Assembly: GCA_013265495.1 (NCBI GenBank)
Contig: MU058009.1
Coordinates: forward strand, 2,358,001-2,422,000
Origin: Vicugna vicugna
Taxonomy: Eukaryota
Direction of reading: 5' to 3'
DNA length: 64,000 bases
In this document: piece after piece, positions 11,867 through 25,409 of the stretch
Numbering within the stretch: position 1 is the stretch's first letter
Layout: every line of letters starts with the position of its first letter
The notes under the pieces: generated by a model
The model's input: the letters and a program-made list of their open reading frames with translations, nothing else
Databases searched by the model: none
What the model was told of the DNA's origin: nothing
Translations under genes and position numbers: made by a program

Positions 11867-12736
11867 TCTGTCCTAGGACTACTGAAAACAGCTACGTTAA
11901 CGGCATTGATGATATTGAATTAAAGACATTTTGCATGTTCTCTGGGCACCAATGCCCATTTTCCTCTAAAGGCACAACAACTAACTGGAAATGCACATTC
12001 CATGCGGTCTGCACGACGAGTGTTATGACCGAAAATGAGTTGTCTGTGTACTTCTTTATGACAGCTAAGTGGAGAGGTGAGTCACATCCTTGTGTCCTAC
12101 ACGTAACCCATTAAAACCAACAGGCCTCTACAGACCTGGGGGAAAACAGGGCAGACTTGCACGCTCAGATTCCATTCCCGGCAAGGATGCTATAAGTCAA
12201 AATGTTGTAAGGTGAATCAGATCTTCCAGTAGAAACTAACCCACATGATTACCAGCAGAAAATGACCAACTTTTTATAGAAAATGACACAAATGCCACAG
12301 CTAACTAAATGCAAATTATGTACCTGTACACAAGTCAGTATGAAGCCTTATGAAATGTACAGATGCCCAACAGGGCAACACAGAAGAATACAGAAGCCCA
12401 CCACTGCAATGCAAGACCCAATTAAACCATTTCTATCTTTTAATGATTTTCGTTATATGTATGACAATGGGTAGAAAGCAGAATTGCATTTTTCTAAGGA
12501 ATCTTAGGGTTCCTTCTGATAAGAATCTTTCAGTAGAACTTTGAGGAAACTTAGGGGCTTGTGATGATTTTGAGAAAGAAATCCAGGGATGTATGCTTCT
12601 GCTGCCAAGTTGTTTGCACGAATTTGCTTGCAGTCAGCAAATGTACAAAGCAACAAATAATTGGTCGCTTGAATTCTGTGTTTTACTTTCTAAACTGCTG
12701 CTTAATGGCATGCTTTTTTAAAAAATAATTGCTTTT

Positions 12737-12863
12737 GGTGGGGAGAGTAATAGCTCAGTGGTAGAATGCATGCTTAGCATACATGAGGTCCTGGGTTCAA
12801 TCCCCAGTACCTCCAATCAATCAATCAATCAGTGTAATTACCTCCCCCCCAAAAAAAGATTTG
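12737..12863 (+). mobile_element. Camelid tRNA-Ala-derived SINE (vic-1-like)
   Basis: A box TAGCTCAGTGG, 'cttagcat' anticodon loop, B box GGTTCAATCC, 'taattacctcccccc' tail. Flanked by AA(A/T)TTGCTTTT direct repeats. Confidence 0.88.
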
Positions 12864-14749
12864 AAAATTTGCTTTTAACATGCACAATCTAACCATTGTT
12901 TGTACTGAAACTCCCATCATTTCATCATATTATGTTGTTTCACAGTGTCAAGAATGCTTTGTTCCTGGCCTGGAAGTACAGCCAGACTCACTAACACACA
13001 TCACTAGGTTGGCCCTGAGTCCAGAAGTGATCCTTTTGCAGCTACACTGAATTGATTTCTCTAATGGAGAAATGACTTTCCAATTTAAAAAAAAAGGCTC
13101 CAAACAGAGTGATTAGTTAGTTCCTACAAGTTGTAGAGCTATTTCTTTGCTCCACAGCACCACCTCTTCTCCCAAGGTCCCATGTCAACCTGCTGACTTC
13201 CTAGAGTTCCCCCCAGCATGGAAACTTTCCCGACTGACTGACAGGGCATCGTGATCCTTCCTGCTGAGAGCACTGCCCCGTATCTAATCCCACAGTCCTC
13301 ACCCCACCCCGAGCACACCCAAAGCCCCCTGACCTGAGGCCCGGATACAATCAGTATCAACTCTGGCCCCAGGGCTCTTTAAGGCCATCCAGGGTTCATT
13401 TCCCCATTGAGAGTATGTGTTCTTTAACTTAACTATAGACTCTTATTATAATTTAATTATACATGCTAATTTAGACTTGTAGAGGGAAGATGACACATCT
13501 GTTTATTTCATCTGCTTTGGCTCTGAATTTGTGCACTTAAAAGATTCTCTTTGGATTAATTATTGAAGGAAAAAGATGGCCTCAGGATGAATAAAAATTG
13601 ACCACAGCTCATATCACCTCCCAAAATTAGGGTTGTTGAGATGATGTCAGCAGACCTTCCTGCTCCAACACGTAAATGGAGAGTGACCAGTGTCCCCGTG
13701 GGGACAGGTGTGCAGAGCCGCGCTGCCAGTGCTCTGCGTGGTCTGGGGTTTCCCCACGTTTGGGCTACTCTCCTTCTCCTTCGTTTGCCTCCTCCGGAGG
13801 GAGGAAGTGTCCACCTGTGCTTGCGGGGGTCTCCCTCCCTAGACCTGGCTGTGGTCTGGAGAGTCTTCAGGAAGGGATGCGCCAATCACCCTTCCTATCT
13901 GAGATGCTGGGGCTCCTGGCCAATGCTTGTGGCTAGAAAAGAGGCCAGTGTGAGTGTCCCTACTTTGCAGTTGCAGAACGTGAAGTTGGGGAGACACAAA
14001 AACACTCCCTCTGAGATCACAGTCAACAGGTGGGAGAGATGAAAACAAGCTGAGTGACAGGCCCCCATCACCCAGCTGCAGACAGAGGGCGGCTGGCGGG
14101 AGGGACAGAGTCAGCAGAAAGAGACCTTGTCATTGAAGCCAACGTCTTCATTTCACAGGAGGTTTCAGTCCAGAGGGGAATAGTGACTTGCTCTCTTACG
14201 CTACCAAAAATCTCCCTTTTTGGGGATTCAATCTGATCCTTTCTGCTTCTGCTAGAGATGTAGTCAGGCTAATTTTAAAACGACAACATTCATTCCAGGG
14301 TCCCAATACCACCTACTCCACACCTTCACCCAAAGTCCCAACAAATTAAGTCACCAAATAAATAAGTTTCAGCTAAATAAATATTCACAAGGCACATATT
14401 TTAAATTCCCAGGCCAATGAGGTCACAGAAAAATCTAGAAGGAAGAAACTAAGCAAAAGCAAATGCTATAAAATACAACTGGAATAACTGATTGACTATA
14501 AGAAAGAAAAAATAAAGCCCAGATTTCACGTCCATAAAACCCAAGGGAGTATCTCACTGATGTAAACAAATTACATGTTTGTTTTTCATCAATCATGCTT
14601 TTATGTTTGTTTCCTTTCTGTGATCATCACCAACCGGCCAATCACATGGTTCATGAAAGTCCAGCTTTACGACAAATGCTCTGGTCTCCGTTTCCAATAC
14701 TGGGGCCACTAAGAGCCTCTTCTATAGAGTTTCTGGAGGCACAACAGTA

Positions 14750-16300
14750 AGGGAGCACGTGACACCTGCAGGGTCCCCGGGAAGTGACCTGGGCTGCACT
14801 GTGTGAAAAGACCGGCTGGACGGTCTGGAGACGCTCAGCTGTTCGTGCCGTTAGGGCCAGGCCGTGACACCTGGAGCCCCCTCCGTGTTTCTGATGTTAA
14901 ACGGGACGCCCCTAGCACTGGTGGAAGGCCCCTGACGCGGGGTGACACGGAGCAGGAGCTCGCGGGAAGCTCCCCCAGTGAACTCGAGATTCCTGCCGTG
15001 AAGAACCCAGTGCCCGGCCCGGCTCTTCGTCCGACTGACCTCGGGGCCTCATACAGAGGGACCTTTTTCTCTGTCCTGCCTTCTATTGGAAATTTCCTCT
15101 GGGGCGCTAGGCAGAGCGAGGCGCAGATCAGCTCACGCTGTTTGTGAGCACTTTAGAGCCTCAGTTTACACTGTTTGGTATCCTCCTGGGACAGAAAACG
15201 GCTCTGTGAGATCAAGCCCTTCGCGGTTCGTCAGCCCTGTGTTTGCTGAGTCCTCACATCTAAGGCAAGTTGGAACAGTGTGGAGACTTTGGCAAAAGAC
15301 TCTTCCCCTCTCCACCTCTCGACTTTCATGAAACAATCCTAGGGTGAGGTTGCCCAGGAGTTATTTCTCTGACTCACGCTCCCTTTGCTCTTTTTACACA
15401 CTCAGAACTCGGCAGCTCGGAGGAGGCCCTCGTGGCCCTGGGCAGAGAGAGGCCGGGAGAGGGCGGAGCTGTCGGGGGCCGGCCCCAGGACCGAGGAGAC
15501 AAACAGGGAGCCGTCCCTCCCGAGCCGCTTCCCTCCACCACCCCGAGCTACGTGGGGACACCGCGGCCACACGCCTCACAACAAGGCCTTGAACTGGCTC
15601 TAGCTCTCACAGGTAGGAAGAGTCCTGCTCATGAGCCACGTACGAAGCTGGTAGAGAGCTCAGCAAGCGAGGAGGGAGGAGAGAGGAGTAAGGGGGACAC
15701 ACATGGCATCTCCAGAGGCCCAGGCGATCCTGGGAGACACAGGCCACCCTGGCCCAGAAAGCAGCCGGGCTGTCTGGGCGCCTCCAGTCCCAGGCTCCAT
15801 CTTTCAGAGTCTGATGTACTCTGCTGGCACTGAGGGTGCAAAAATGACGCTGACATAGTACCCGCCTTGAGAAACTCACAGCTCCGAAGAGGAGACACGT
15901 AAACAACTTCAGTGTGCCCGGGCAGCGCTGAGCGGCCCCCGGCGTGGACCGGCAGCGGCGCACACAGCACCCGCGCGCACACACACACACACACACACTC
16001 ACTCAGAACAGAAGCTCTCCAGCACCGCGCGTCCCCGCTCAGGACAGGAATGGCAGGCGGACCTCAGGTGCAGAGAGAGAGGCTCTGGCAGCACCGACTT
16101 AGGAGAGTTTGCACGAAAGCTGCCTGTGTTCTGCACTTTCTTAGACGTGCTCTCACTCCTGAAATGTCCCAAGCCCTGGCTCACTGAGCCTGAAACAAAA
16201 ACGTGTGCAGATCAGTAAAGCACACAGCACGGGCCTCCGCGCGGCAGCTGTGCCGGCCTCCGGCTCTCCGTGGAGAGCAGAGACGGCCGGGTGTCCCCAG
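14750..16300. promoter_or_regulatory. Second CpG-enriched patch with (CA)n repeat
   Basis: High CpG density, (CA)n at ~15978-15998, no recognisable transposon. Confidence 0.45.
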
Positions 16301-16444
16301 ATCCGCTGCCCCACTCCTTGACTGACCTTCCACGAGCCTGACCAGGTCTCTGGCTTTTTATACCTTGGGAGCTCTTTGAATAAGATGTAGAAGTGGGTTC
16401 TGCTGGAAAGTGAGCTTAGAGTATGAAGATGATGATGCCAAGTG

Positions 16445-16680
16445 TCATTCATTCAAAGTGTCAAAGTGTCATTTGTTCATTTGTTCATTCATTGCGTCTG
16501 CGTTTCACACGTGTATCTGGATGTGCATTATGTGTTAATATGTTGGTGCAAACGTCACATATAAGCAGGAGACAAAGATGAATTAAATGTGCCTGCCCTC
16601 AAGGGACTTGCCCTCAGTGTGAGAGACCTGAGTTAACCAGTTAACAAAAACCTCAAGGAGCAATGACACACGTGCTCTGA
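16445..16680 (-). mobile_element. L2 3' end
   Basis: 'tcattcattc...ttcattcatt...gacaaagatgaatt...cctgccctcaagggacttg'. Confidence 0.6.
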
Positions 16681-16699
16681 TAAAAATATATCAGTAGAC

Positions 16700-18840
16700 T
16701 TTCTAGCAACGAGCTTGCCTGCAGTGTCTTGACCTTTCCCCCCTTATTTTATCTGCACATAGAAACACTAGCTAAACAAAGGAACGAAGGAAAGAACTCA
16801 AACCCAGAGAGAACAGAAAGTGGGAGCTAATATTATAATGAGGTTCAACAGGCCTGCAGGTGGGTCCCAGGGGCTGCGGGCTGATTTTCATGTTTATACT
16901 GGCGTAACTGGTCTTGGGCATGCATACATTTGGAAACTGTAGTGAATCCCCTTCATAAAGCCAAGTGACTTGAAGGGTTTCCCAGTCCCTGGAAAGGGAA
17001 CTAGGAAAATTTCATCCACCAACCTGTGGAAGTGGCAAGGAATCTTGACATCCACGTGAGGCTTTGATGGAGTTTAAAAAAAAAACAAGTCATTTATAAA
17101 AAGGCAAAACTCCAGCCCTGTGCCCTGCGAGGGTGTGGGGTCTTGATGTAGGCTACACATACACGCAGGAACCCCAAACCAAGACATCAGCACAACATGG
17201 AGAACCATCCTGGACCACTGAAATCCGTGTGGCTTCAGTCAACCGAAAAGTCACTTTGTAGAGATACTTAAACCAGAATAGGATCTCCCCAGAGGGGAAA
17301 ACGTTGTGCTAAAGATAAGCTCAAAACCAGAATTTATAAACCATATGAAGAAACAAACAAGCAGGGGGTGAGGGAGTGTATATGAATGTTAAGCAGATGC
17401 AACAAACAGACTCAGCATCTCAATTACTGGAGATAATTACACGATTTCAATTACAGGCAGACTATACCATATAGATGTTTAAACTGATTAGACAGACAAA
17501 TGAGGGAATGGAAGCTACAATGACAGGAGAAGACAGTTCAGAAACATAAAAGCAAATTCAGTAAGGAGCTCCATAATAATTTTACAAGTGAAAAATAGTC
17601 ACTGAAAATTAAAAACCCAACAGACAGGAAATGGTGGGCTTGTCTGGTACAACCGCCTAGGAAAAGGGTGCACCATTACTTTCAAAGTTGCACGTTCACA
17701 TACTCCGTACCTCAGCAATTCCATTTCCTGGAACATAACCAAGGGAAAGTCAAGAAGCATAAATAACCATGTTTATAGTGGTGCTGTTCATAGTAGCAAA
17801 GACCTGGAAACGACCCAAACGCCTGCTGACAGAAGACTGGATAAATAAACTGTGGTATATGCAGTCACCAGAAGACACAGGGAACATTACGGTGCAGTCA
17901 AAACAAAGGAACTACAGCCACGTGCTGCACTGTGCAGGGACCTCAACAACGTAACTGTGATTGAAAAAATCAGTCCTAGAAGATGATTTCAGCATAGAAT
18001 CATTTTTATAAACTTACAAAGTTTCTTTAAAGTTGAAAATCAAAAGCTGGGGGGAGGGTATAGCTCAAGCAGTAAAGCACATGCTTAGCATGTGGGAGGT
18101 CCTGGGTTCAGTCCCCTAATTACCTCCCCCCTCCACCAAAAAAATTAAGGCAATAAAAAAATAAAAACCCAAAGCTAAATAATGTGCTTTTTAGGAACAT
18201 GTATATCCTTAAAATGTAATTCTTTCATTTTTAAGTTTTTAAAGTAAAGAAACAACACGCACAAGGGTCAGAGGGGCTACCTTGGATGAGAGGAAGCACT
18301 GGGATGAGATGGGAGGAAGCACACAGGGAGTTTTAAGTTACTGTTAACATTCCAGTCCCTTCATTTTTCATAGTATCAGTGAATAGACATATCTCTAAAC
18401 AAACAAAAGAGGACCATGCGTTAACAAATGATGATAGCATTTAACAAACGTAGGACTAACGTCAATCCGATTCTGTGCACCTGAGATTTCTAAAATCTGT
18501 AGCTGATTAGAAAAAGCTAAAGAAGGATCATTGAAATGACGCATTTGAAGATAAAGAAATGAAACAGGGATAAAGAGCAAAATAAAAAGGTGAAAATACA
18601 AAACAGGCAGCTGAGACATGGCGGCCAGAATGATGTACGTAGATACATCACACACCCGTTAGGCACTCCAGAGAGCATAAAATGAAGACTAAAGGGAGAG
18701 AGGAAATGTTCAAAGAGGTTGTGGCTGAGAATTTTTCCAGAATTGAAGACAGACACAAGGCCGTAGGCTGAAGAAATAACACCAAGCTCCAAGCAGGATA
18801 AATAAAAACGAATGCAAACCCAGACATCTAGGAGTGATTC
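16700..18840 (+). mobile_element. Degenerate L1ME-type fragments (5'/ORF1 and 3' UTR pieces)
   Basis: 'cagcaattccatttcc...atgtttatagtggtgctgttcatagtagcaaagacctggaaacgacccaaacg...ataaactgtggtatat'; ORF1-like 'gagaatttttccagaattgaagac'. Confidence 0.7.
18049..18163 (+). mobile_element. Camelid tRNA-derived SINE with internal deletion
   Basis: GGGGGGAGGGTATAGCTCAAGCAGTAAAGCACATGCTTAGCATG...GGTTCAGTCCCC joined directly to the taattacctcccc tail. TSD AAAATCAAAAGCT 18036-18048 / AAAACCCAAAGCT 18164-18176. Confidence 0.85.
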
Positions 18841-18876
18841 TAAAGCGTATCAGCCCCTCCCAGTCCTAACCTTCTA

Positions 18877-19322
18877 TGAGGTCATGGAGTCTTCCGAGGG
18901 ATCATTACACGTAAATAGGTGGGAACGCGAACTAGACACGTTCTGACAACCAGCTACACGAATGCTATGGGGCCACCAGAGCTGGGCAATGAATGGGGCC
19001 TGACCTGCCCCAGTGCAACGGAGGCTTCCTTGTCCTAATGATCTGGGGTCAGCAACGTCTGTGACCGCAGGCCCTCGCCCAGGCACCTGTTGAGGTTGAC
19101 ACCAGTGCATCCCTGGAGACTGGCTGGACTGGGCTCGGTGTCTCCTTCCTCCTTTCCTCTCACTCCACGCCTGCACTTGCCCCACTGGGACTGTACACGC
19201 ACTTGCGGGAAAAAATCCCACAGAAAGCGAGTCCAGGTTCCTCGGGCCCTGAGTCACACCCCTTGGGGAAGTCAAATTACCCAAGACGCTCTCAAGCTGC
19301 ACTCTTGAACAAGGTAGCCACA
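18877..19322 (-). mobile_element. ERVL-class solo LTR (MER74/MER73-like; family uncertain)
   Basis: TG...CA termini 'tgaggtcatggag' and 'aagctgcactctt...gccaca'; ~450 bp. Confidence 0.45.
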
Positions 19323-19344
19323 AGCCGTGTGTCTGTTAAGCCCC

Positions 19345-19608
19345 TGAATTCTGGCTGGCCCTAACCGAACTGTACTATAGGCGTGGAATTCACACCAGGT
19401 ATCTAAGACTTAGCTTGAAAAAAATATTTAAAATACCAGCTTAATAACTTTATATTAATAGCACCTTGAAGTGACAGTACTTTTATATATTGGGTTAAAA
19501 TTCAACATTAAAATGAATTTCTTCTGTTTCTTTTTGCTTTTTTAATGAGGCTTCTAGAAAATTTTAAATTATGAATACGGCTCACTATATTTCCTTGGAC
19601 GGTACTGC
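19345..19608. mobile_element. MER33/MER3-like hAT MITE
   Basis: 'taaaatgaatttcttctgtttctttttgcttttttaatgaggcttctagaaaattttaaattatg...ttggacggtactg'. Confidence 0.7.
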
Positions 19609-21439
19609 TCTCCAGAGTATCAAATTTAATACCTTTTGGTGATAATAATAAATCTATTTATAAACGGGGAACATCTGTCATTGGACACTCATTACCCATT
19701 ATGTAACTTCAGCAGTTATCCTGGGGATTTTTTTAACCCCTCTCTCTCATAGAATTTTTTTAAAATCAATGTACTAAGACCAAATGTGTGAATCTCTTCA
19801 TGTTTTTCTCTTTTTTTCTATCAACTCTCTGGAGATCTTTAGGGAAGCTAGTCACAGCAGGACACTGGGTATGTTAGCAAAGAGTGAGCCTCGGGGTGAG
19901 TTTGGGTTCGTTATCCAGGATGGGGAAATTCAGCCAGGAGCCAGTTGTCCATCTGGAAAATGAATTGTCAAAGCACCTGTCTACATCGATAGCCTCCCCA
20001 CCTGTACCCTGCTGAAATTAGACACACATTCACACACACACGCTCTCGCATTTAACTATGTTACATATCAGTGTTAGGCAATTCTCCTCCTGGCTGCTTT
20101 TTCTTTATTATTATCATCATCATCATTGGCATTGTTTCTCTTTCACTTTCTGTGTCTTGCCAGTCTGTGAACCAGACACTTGTTTCCCTCACACAGCAGC
20201 TGCTTCAGGAACAACAGAGAAGGAATTTGTGAACCAGATTTGCGTCTAGAAGTGTTCTGAACATTGAATGTGTGGAAAGTTAGGAGGTGAAAGGGAGGGC
20301 TCCGGGGTGTGAGAGCAGGAACAACAGTTTCTAATTCTCTGGTAAAGAAGGGTTTGGGGTGAGAATGACTTCTGTGTCCAGACAGAATTCTCAGAATGAG
20401 AAGTGTCAGCTGTCTTTCGTTTTGTCCGGGAACGCTGTCTCCCATGAACAGCAGTGCTCTGGGGAGATGTCTGATTCCTGCCAGCAGGGAGTGGCAACAG
20501 CCCAGAGTCAGCTGGCTCCATCTCCCCCTCCTCTATGGGATGTTGGTCCCGCATCCAGGACAAAGCAGGTGCGGCTCCCTAGGTCTAGTTGCTACCTGCC
20601 TAATGCATTAGAGTGTCCTATGGGGGCAGAACTAGGAGAATTTCCAAGTCTATGCCTGCAGACAGAAACGACTTCCTCCTGATGTGAAGCCAGTTTCAGC
20701 TCAGCTCTCACTTTATTTCCTGGGAACTATTGCGAGACCCTCCTCACCTGGTTGCCCTGCCTTGAGGTTCGCCAACTCTGAACCACCCTTAACAGTGCCA
20801 TCAGAGAGATCTTCTAAGAGGTCAGTCTGATCACGTCATGCTTGAAACCCTTCAGACAACCCTCTATGATTTTTAGGAAAAAGTTTCAAACCCACAAGAT
20901 GTCTAACAAAGCTGTCCACATCTGGTTCTTTTCTATTTCCCTAGCATCATCTCATGCTAGGCACTCTGCACAGTCCCCATAAGACACCTTTCTCTTTTCC
21001 CTCAGTGCCTTTGACTGACATTATTCCTCCAATATGTCCATTTCAATTTTACAGGCACTTACTAAGCATTTATTATGTCTTGGGCATTGTTGTGAGGCAA
21101 CAAAGACAAGGAGGATATAGGTCCTTGACCTCAAGAAGCTTGTGACGTCTGAAATGCTCTTTCCTACCCCATCTGCCTGAGCAGCAGGTCTTTGAAGGCT
21201 CAGCCTGTGTCACAGCAGCCTTGAAGGTCTTCCTGACCCAGCCGGACAGACCCATCCCTGGGCTTATTTCTGTAATAGCTAGAACAGTGCTGGGATGAGG
21301 CGCTTGTGCCAGAATTTAAGTCAATGCACAGTCTTAGGTGGGAAATAGAGCCCGTTTAGTGTGCTTAGTGATGTTGCCAGTCACACACGTTGCCGACCAA
21401 CAGCTGATTGCTGGACCCCAGGAGGAGAGAGTAAACAGA

Positions 21440-23305
21440 ATGGAGAAGAGGAAGAATTTTTAATATATAGTTGCTGAGAATTTGGGAAATAAATTGTACA
21501 GCAAAGAGTTGTAGCTGGTAAACCAACAAAAAAAACAGCATGGAATTAAACCATGACCCATACAAAGGCAGAAAATAAAGGGAAAAAGAAATAAGAAACA
21601 GATGGGTGAGTGAAAAACAAACAGCAATATGACAGATTTAAACCCAACCAAATCAATAAACGTATTAAGTGTAAGCAATCTAAACAACCCAGTTAGAAGA
21701 CTGTCAGTTATGACAGTTAGAGACAGTCACGTTGGATAAAAAAGGGCCCATGTGCTGCCCACAAGGACACCTGCTTGAAACACAAGTGAGTCCAAAGTAA
21801 ATGAATAACAAAAGAGACTCATCAAAGTAAAGCTGAAGCAGCTATGTTAACATCAGAAAAACTAGGTTTCAGAGGAAAGTCTAACCAGGAACAATGAGGG
21901 TCATTTCACAATGGTAAAGGGGTTAGCTCATAAAGACAGCATAAAAAACTGAATTGCTAGAGAAATAAACAAATCTACAGTTATACCTGGAGATGCCAAT
22001 ACCCTCTCTCGGTAACTGACAGAACAAGCAGACAGGTAGGCAGTAAAAATGCAAAAGATCTGAACAGCACAGCAACTAACTTGCCCTAAGTGGCATTTAC
22101 GACACTTACCATCCAACAGCAGCAGAACACACGTTCTCCTCAACAGCATAGACCACATTACACCATATTCTGAGCCATCAATAAATCTAAAACTGTTCAA
22201 ATCATGAGAAGTATGCTATGTTGTCTAACCACAGTGGAATTAAACTAGAAATCAGTAACAGAAAGTTCTCTGGAAAATCCCCCAATATTTGGAAACTAAC
22301 TCATGGACTTCTAAGTGACCCATGGGTAATAAAGCAAAAAGGAATGAGACAGAGAGAGGCAGCTAAAGCAATACTCGGAGGAAAACGGGCAGCACCAAGT
22401 GCCTGCCCTAGAAAAGAGGAGTCTCCAGTCAATGCCTTCAGCTGCTGTTCTAAGAAACTAGAAAAAGGAGAGCAAGTGAAACCCAAAGTAAGGAAAGAAA
22501 AAATAATAAGTATCAGAACAGAAATTAATGAAATAAAACAGGAAACAGTAGGGGAAAAAATCAATGAAACCAACAGTTGGTTCTTTGAGAAGATCAATAA
22601 AATTGATAAACCGCTAGCTAGACTGGTCAGGGTTAAAAAAAAAAAAAACATGTTGCAAATGACCAGTATTCAGAATGAAGGCAGCAACTTCGTCACAGAT
22701 ATTTTTCGATTTCAAAACGATAAAAAGGGAATATTATGAGTAACTTTTTGTCAGTACATTTGCAATTTTAAAAAAACGGACACATGCATTGAAAGAAACA
22801 AATTACCTCAACTCACTCAAGAAGAAATAATTTAAATAACCATATATATCAGTTGAAGAAACTGAATTTTTAATAAAAATACTTTACTTCAAAGAAATCT
22901 GCAGATTCAGATGACTTCACTAGTTAAATTGTATCAAACATTTAAAAAAGAGATAACAAATTCTACCCAAACTTCCAGAAAACTGAAGAGGAGGAGATGC
23001 TTCTGGACGCCTTCCTGTGAGCATAACCCTGACACCAAAACCTAAGACACTACAAGAACGGACACCACAGAGCAGCATCCCGCACGACCACGGTGCAAAA
23101 TCGTCAACAGTACTGGAGCAAATGGAACCCAGCAATGTAGAAAATAGATCATGATTAGGTGGAATTTAACCCAGGAAGGCAAAGTTAACACTAGAAAAAT
23201 CAGTCAGTGGAATTTAATACATTGATGGGTATTTTTAAAAACCACATGATTATCTCAATATACGCAGGAGAAAAATTTTATGAAATCCAGCATCTATTCC
23301 TGACT
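21440..23305 (+). mobile_element. L1M ORF2 fragment (endonuclease/linker to start of RT), decayed
   Basis: ORF 22218-22739 'LSNHSGIKLEI...NIWKL...KINETNSWFFEKINKIDKPLARL' is canonical L1 ORF2; frameshifts and stops present. Confidence 0.92.
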
Positions 23306-23329
23306 AGTGGGGGTCTGTCCGATGCGTGG

Positions 23330-24150
23330 AGAACAGCGAGGTCAGTGGGCTGGTGTGAAGGAGTGCGGGAGAGAGCAGGTGGGGGTTGGAGAGGGGACAG
23401 GGGAAGACCATACAGGATCTTATAAAAACTGTGGCATTTTCTTTCCCTCAGTGACATGAAATGTCCCTGGGGGTAATTAAGGTGAGGAGTGACACTGTTA
23501 ACCAGATCGCACTGCTGCACTGAGGACAGACTCGGAGGGGTCAGGACAGAAGCAGAGGCGTGTACAGATGGCCGTGGTTTGGACAACGTCAGCGGCGGGG
23601 AAGGCAGTAAGAGCTGCTAGGGTTCTGGACTCTGTTTTGAAGGACTGAGTTGAACACAAGCTATAAAAAAAGAGGTGAGTCAGTCCTGAGCAATGAAAGT
23701 GTGATGTTAGCATCATACGATGACGAGGACCACAAGAGGAGCGAGCTCAAGGGAGGAGGGGTCCTGGAGGTCCCAAGGTCAAATCTGAACATGTCAAGTG
23801 TAGGTGTCTGTTAGATGCTGAAGCGGAAATGTGACGTAGGCAGTTAGAGAGCCAAGTCCAGAGGAGGAAGTCCAAGGTGAAAACAGAAATTTGAAAGTCA
23901 TCAGCTTCTGAATGATACGGACACCACAACAGAGGGTGAGACCATCCAGGGAATGAAGAGGTCTCAGGACCTGACACGTAGAAGCTGGGACAGCCCGTGG
24001 GACATTAGCACTTAGTATCTGCCAGGCACTGTGACAAGCACTTTATAGCTCACTTAACGCCAGACCTGCAAATTAAGGTAAGCACTATTACTATTCCATA
24101 TAGCAGACTGTTAAAACTGAGGCAGAACGTTTCAGTAACTTGCTAAGGGC
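23330..24150 (-). mobile_element. L2 fragment followed by MIR
   Basis: 'ctgaacatgtcaagtgtaggtgtctgttagat...aggcagttaga' (L2); 'attccatatagcagactgttaaaactgaggc' (MIR). Confidence 0.65.
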
Positions 24151-24179
24151 AAGAAATATTGTAAGAATAGAAACAAAGA

Positions 24180-24225
24180 TTGACACAACATTGTAAAATG
24201 ACCATCATTCAATTAAAAAAGAAAA
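24180..24225 (+). mobile_element. Ultra-short (~46 bp) L1 3' insertion
   Basis: 'ttgacacaacattgtaaaatgacc...caattaaaaaa'. 17-bp TSD AAGAA(T/A)AGAAACAAAGA at 24163-24179 and 24226-24242. Confidence 0.8.
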
Positions 24226-25409
24226 AAGAAAAGAAACAAAGACTATAGAAGGGAAGGCAGCAGGACTCAGACGCGCTAAGACGAAAGCCAGGCAAAATTG
24301 ACCCCCACTGTACGCAGGCAGGGGAGATGTGCTGACAGAGCTGCTTATGTTAAACTTCTTTCAAGAATAAAATTCATGGCGACTATGCAAAGATGTTAAA
24401 GCAAAAATAGAAAGGAAGAAACATAGTGTATGTGGACAAGTGAAGGGTCTATTCTGGAAGATAACATAACGCCAAGATACGGGGGGGGAGGGGGTGTCCA
24501 AAACAAGTGTTTTGTATTTAGGGGGAAAAAAAGAAGAGACACATGAATTCAATGAAACAAATATGATTGTATGAGACAATAAAATGCAATGAAAAATGGT
24601 CATTATAAAGTGAAGAAAAACCTGAGGAGCAAAATAACAATTGTGGAGTTACATAATTTTGAAATAGCAAGACCCAAAATTAACATACGTAAATACTAAA
24701 TTCATCATATTCGGGAAAACGACGGAATTCACAGAAAATACGTAGGGAAAAGACAAAGCGGAAGTGACTGGGAGGAAGGCAAAGATACGGAGAATAGAAA
24801 GTCACCCAGCAGGCGGGTCCTTGTGTCCCCAGAGGAGATACTACAACACAGGAAAAAGAAAAAACATTTACTCAAATGGAAGAAAAGGAAGAAAGGGCTG
24901 TATCAGGAAACTGAAAAGGTACCTTGTGTTCGGGGAGAAAGAGATGCTAATTGCTTAATCCTGAGATGTGTCTTGATGAATCTGGCACACTTCAAAATCA
25001 GAGGAAAAGGTCTCACGTATCCAAGGACAAAAGTTAACTCACAATGCGGGTGGAGGCACGGGTGGGAGGGGACACAGAGAATCAGGAGGCATTTAATGTA
25101 AGAAGATGATACAGTGACATCCTTAAAGCTCTGAAGAAAGGAAAGCGGGACTCAAGAACTTTCCACCACACAAGTCATTGTTAATACAGAGGCAGGAGAC
25201 AACGTCAAACACATAAAAACTCAGGGAACACAATATCCATGAACCCTTCTTGTAAATAAAAATGAAACATACTCAACCAAGAGACGAATCAAAAGAGTTC
25301 AGAAATGGACTCGTTCTGGCACCAGAATTCCTCTTTCTAGAAGGAACTCTCCTTAGGAAAAAAACACTTTGATAAGGTTATGGGGTAGATAGTATTTCCC
25401 ATCTTCACA

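Noticed and set aside
12737..12815. tRNA-Ala(AGC)-like sequence
   Set aside because: Has SINE tail and TSD and a mutated stem; it is a SINE, as are the copies at 6717 and 18049
22218..22739. 173-aa ORF (also 33408-33728 and 33880-34404)
   Set aside because: Fragments of L1 ORF2 with frameshifts and stops; not host genes or intact elements
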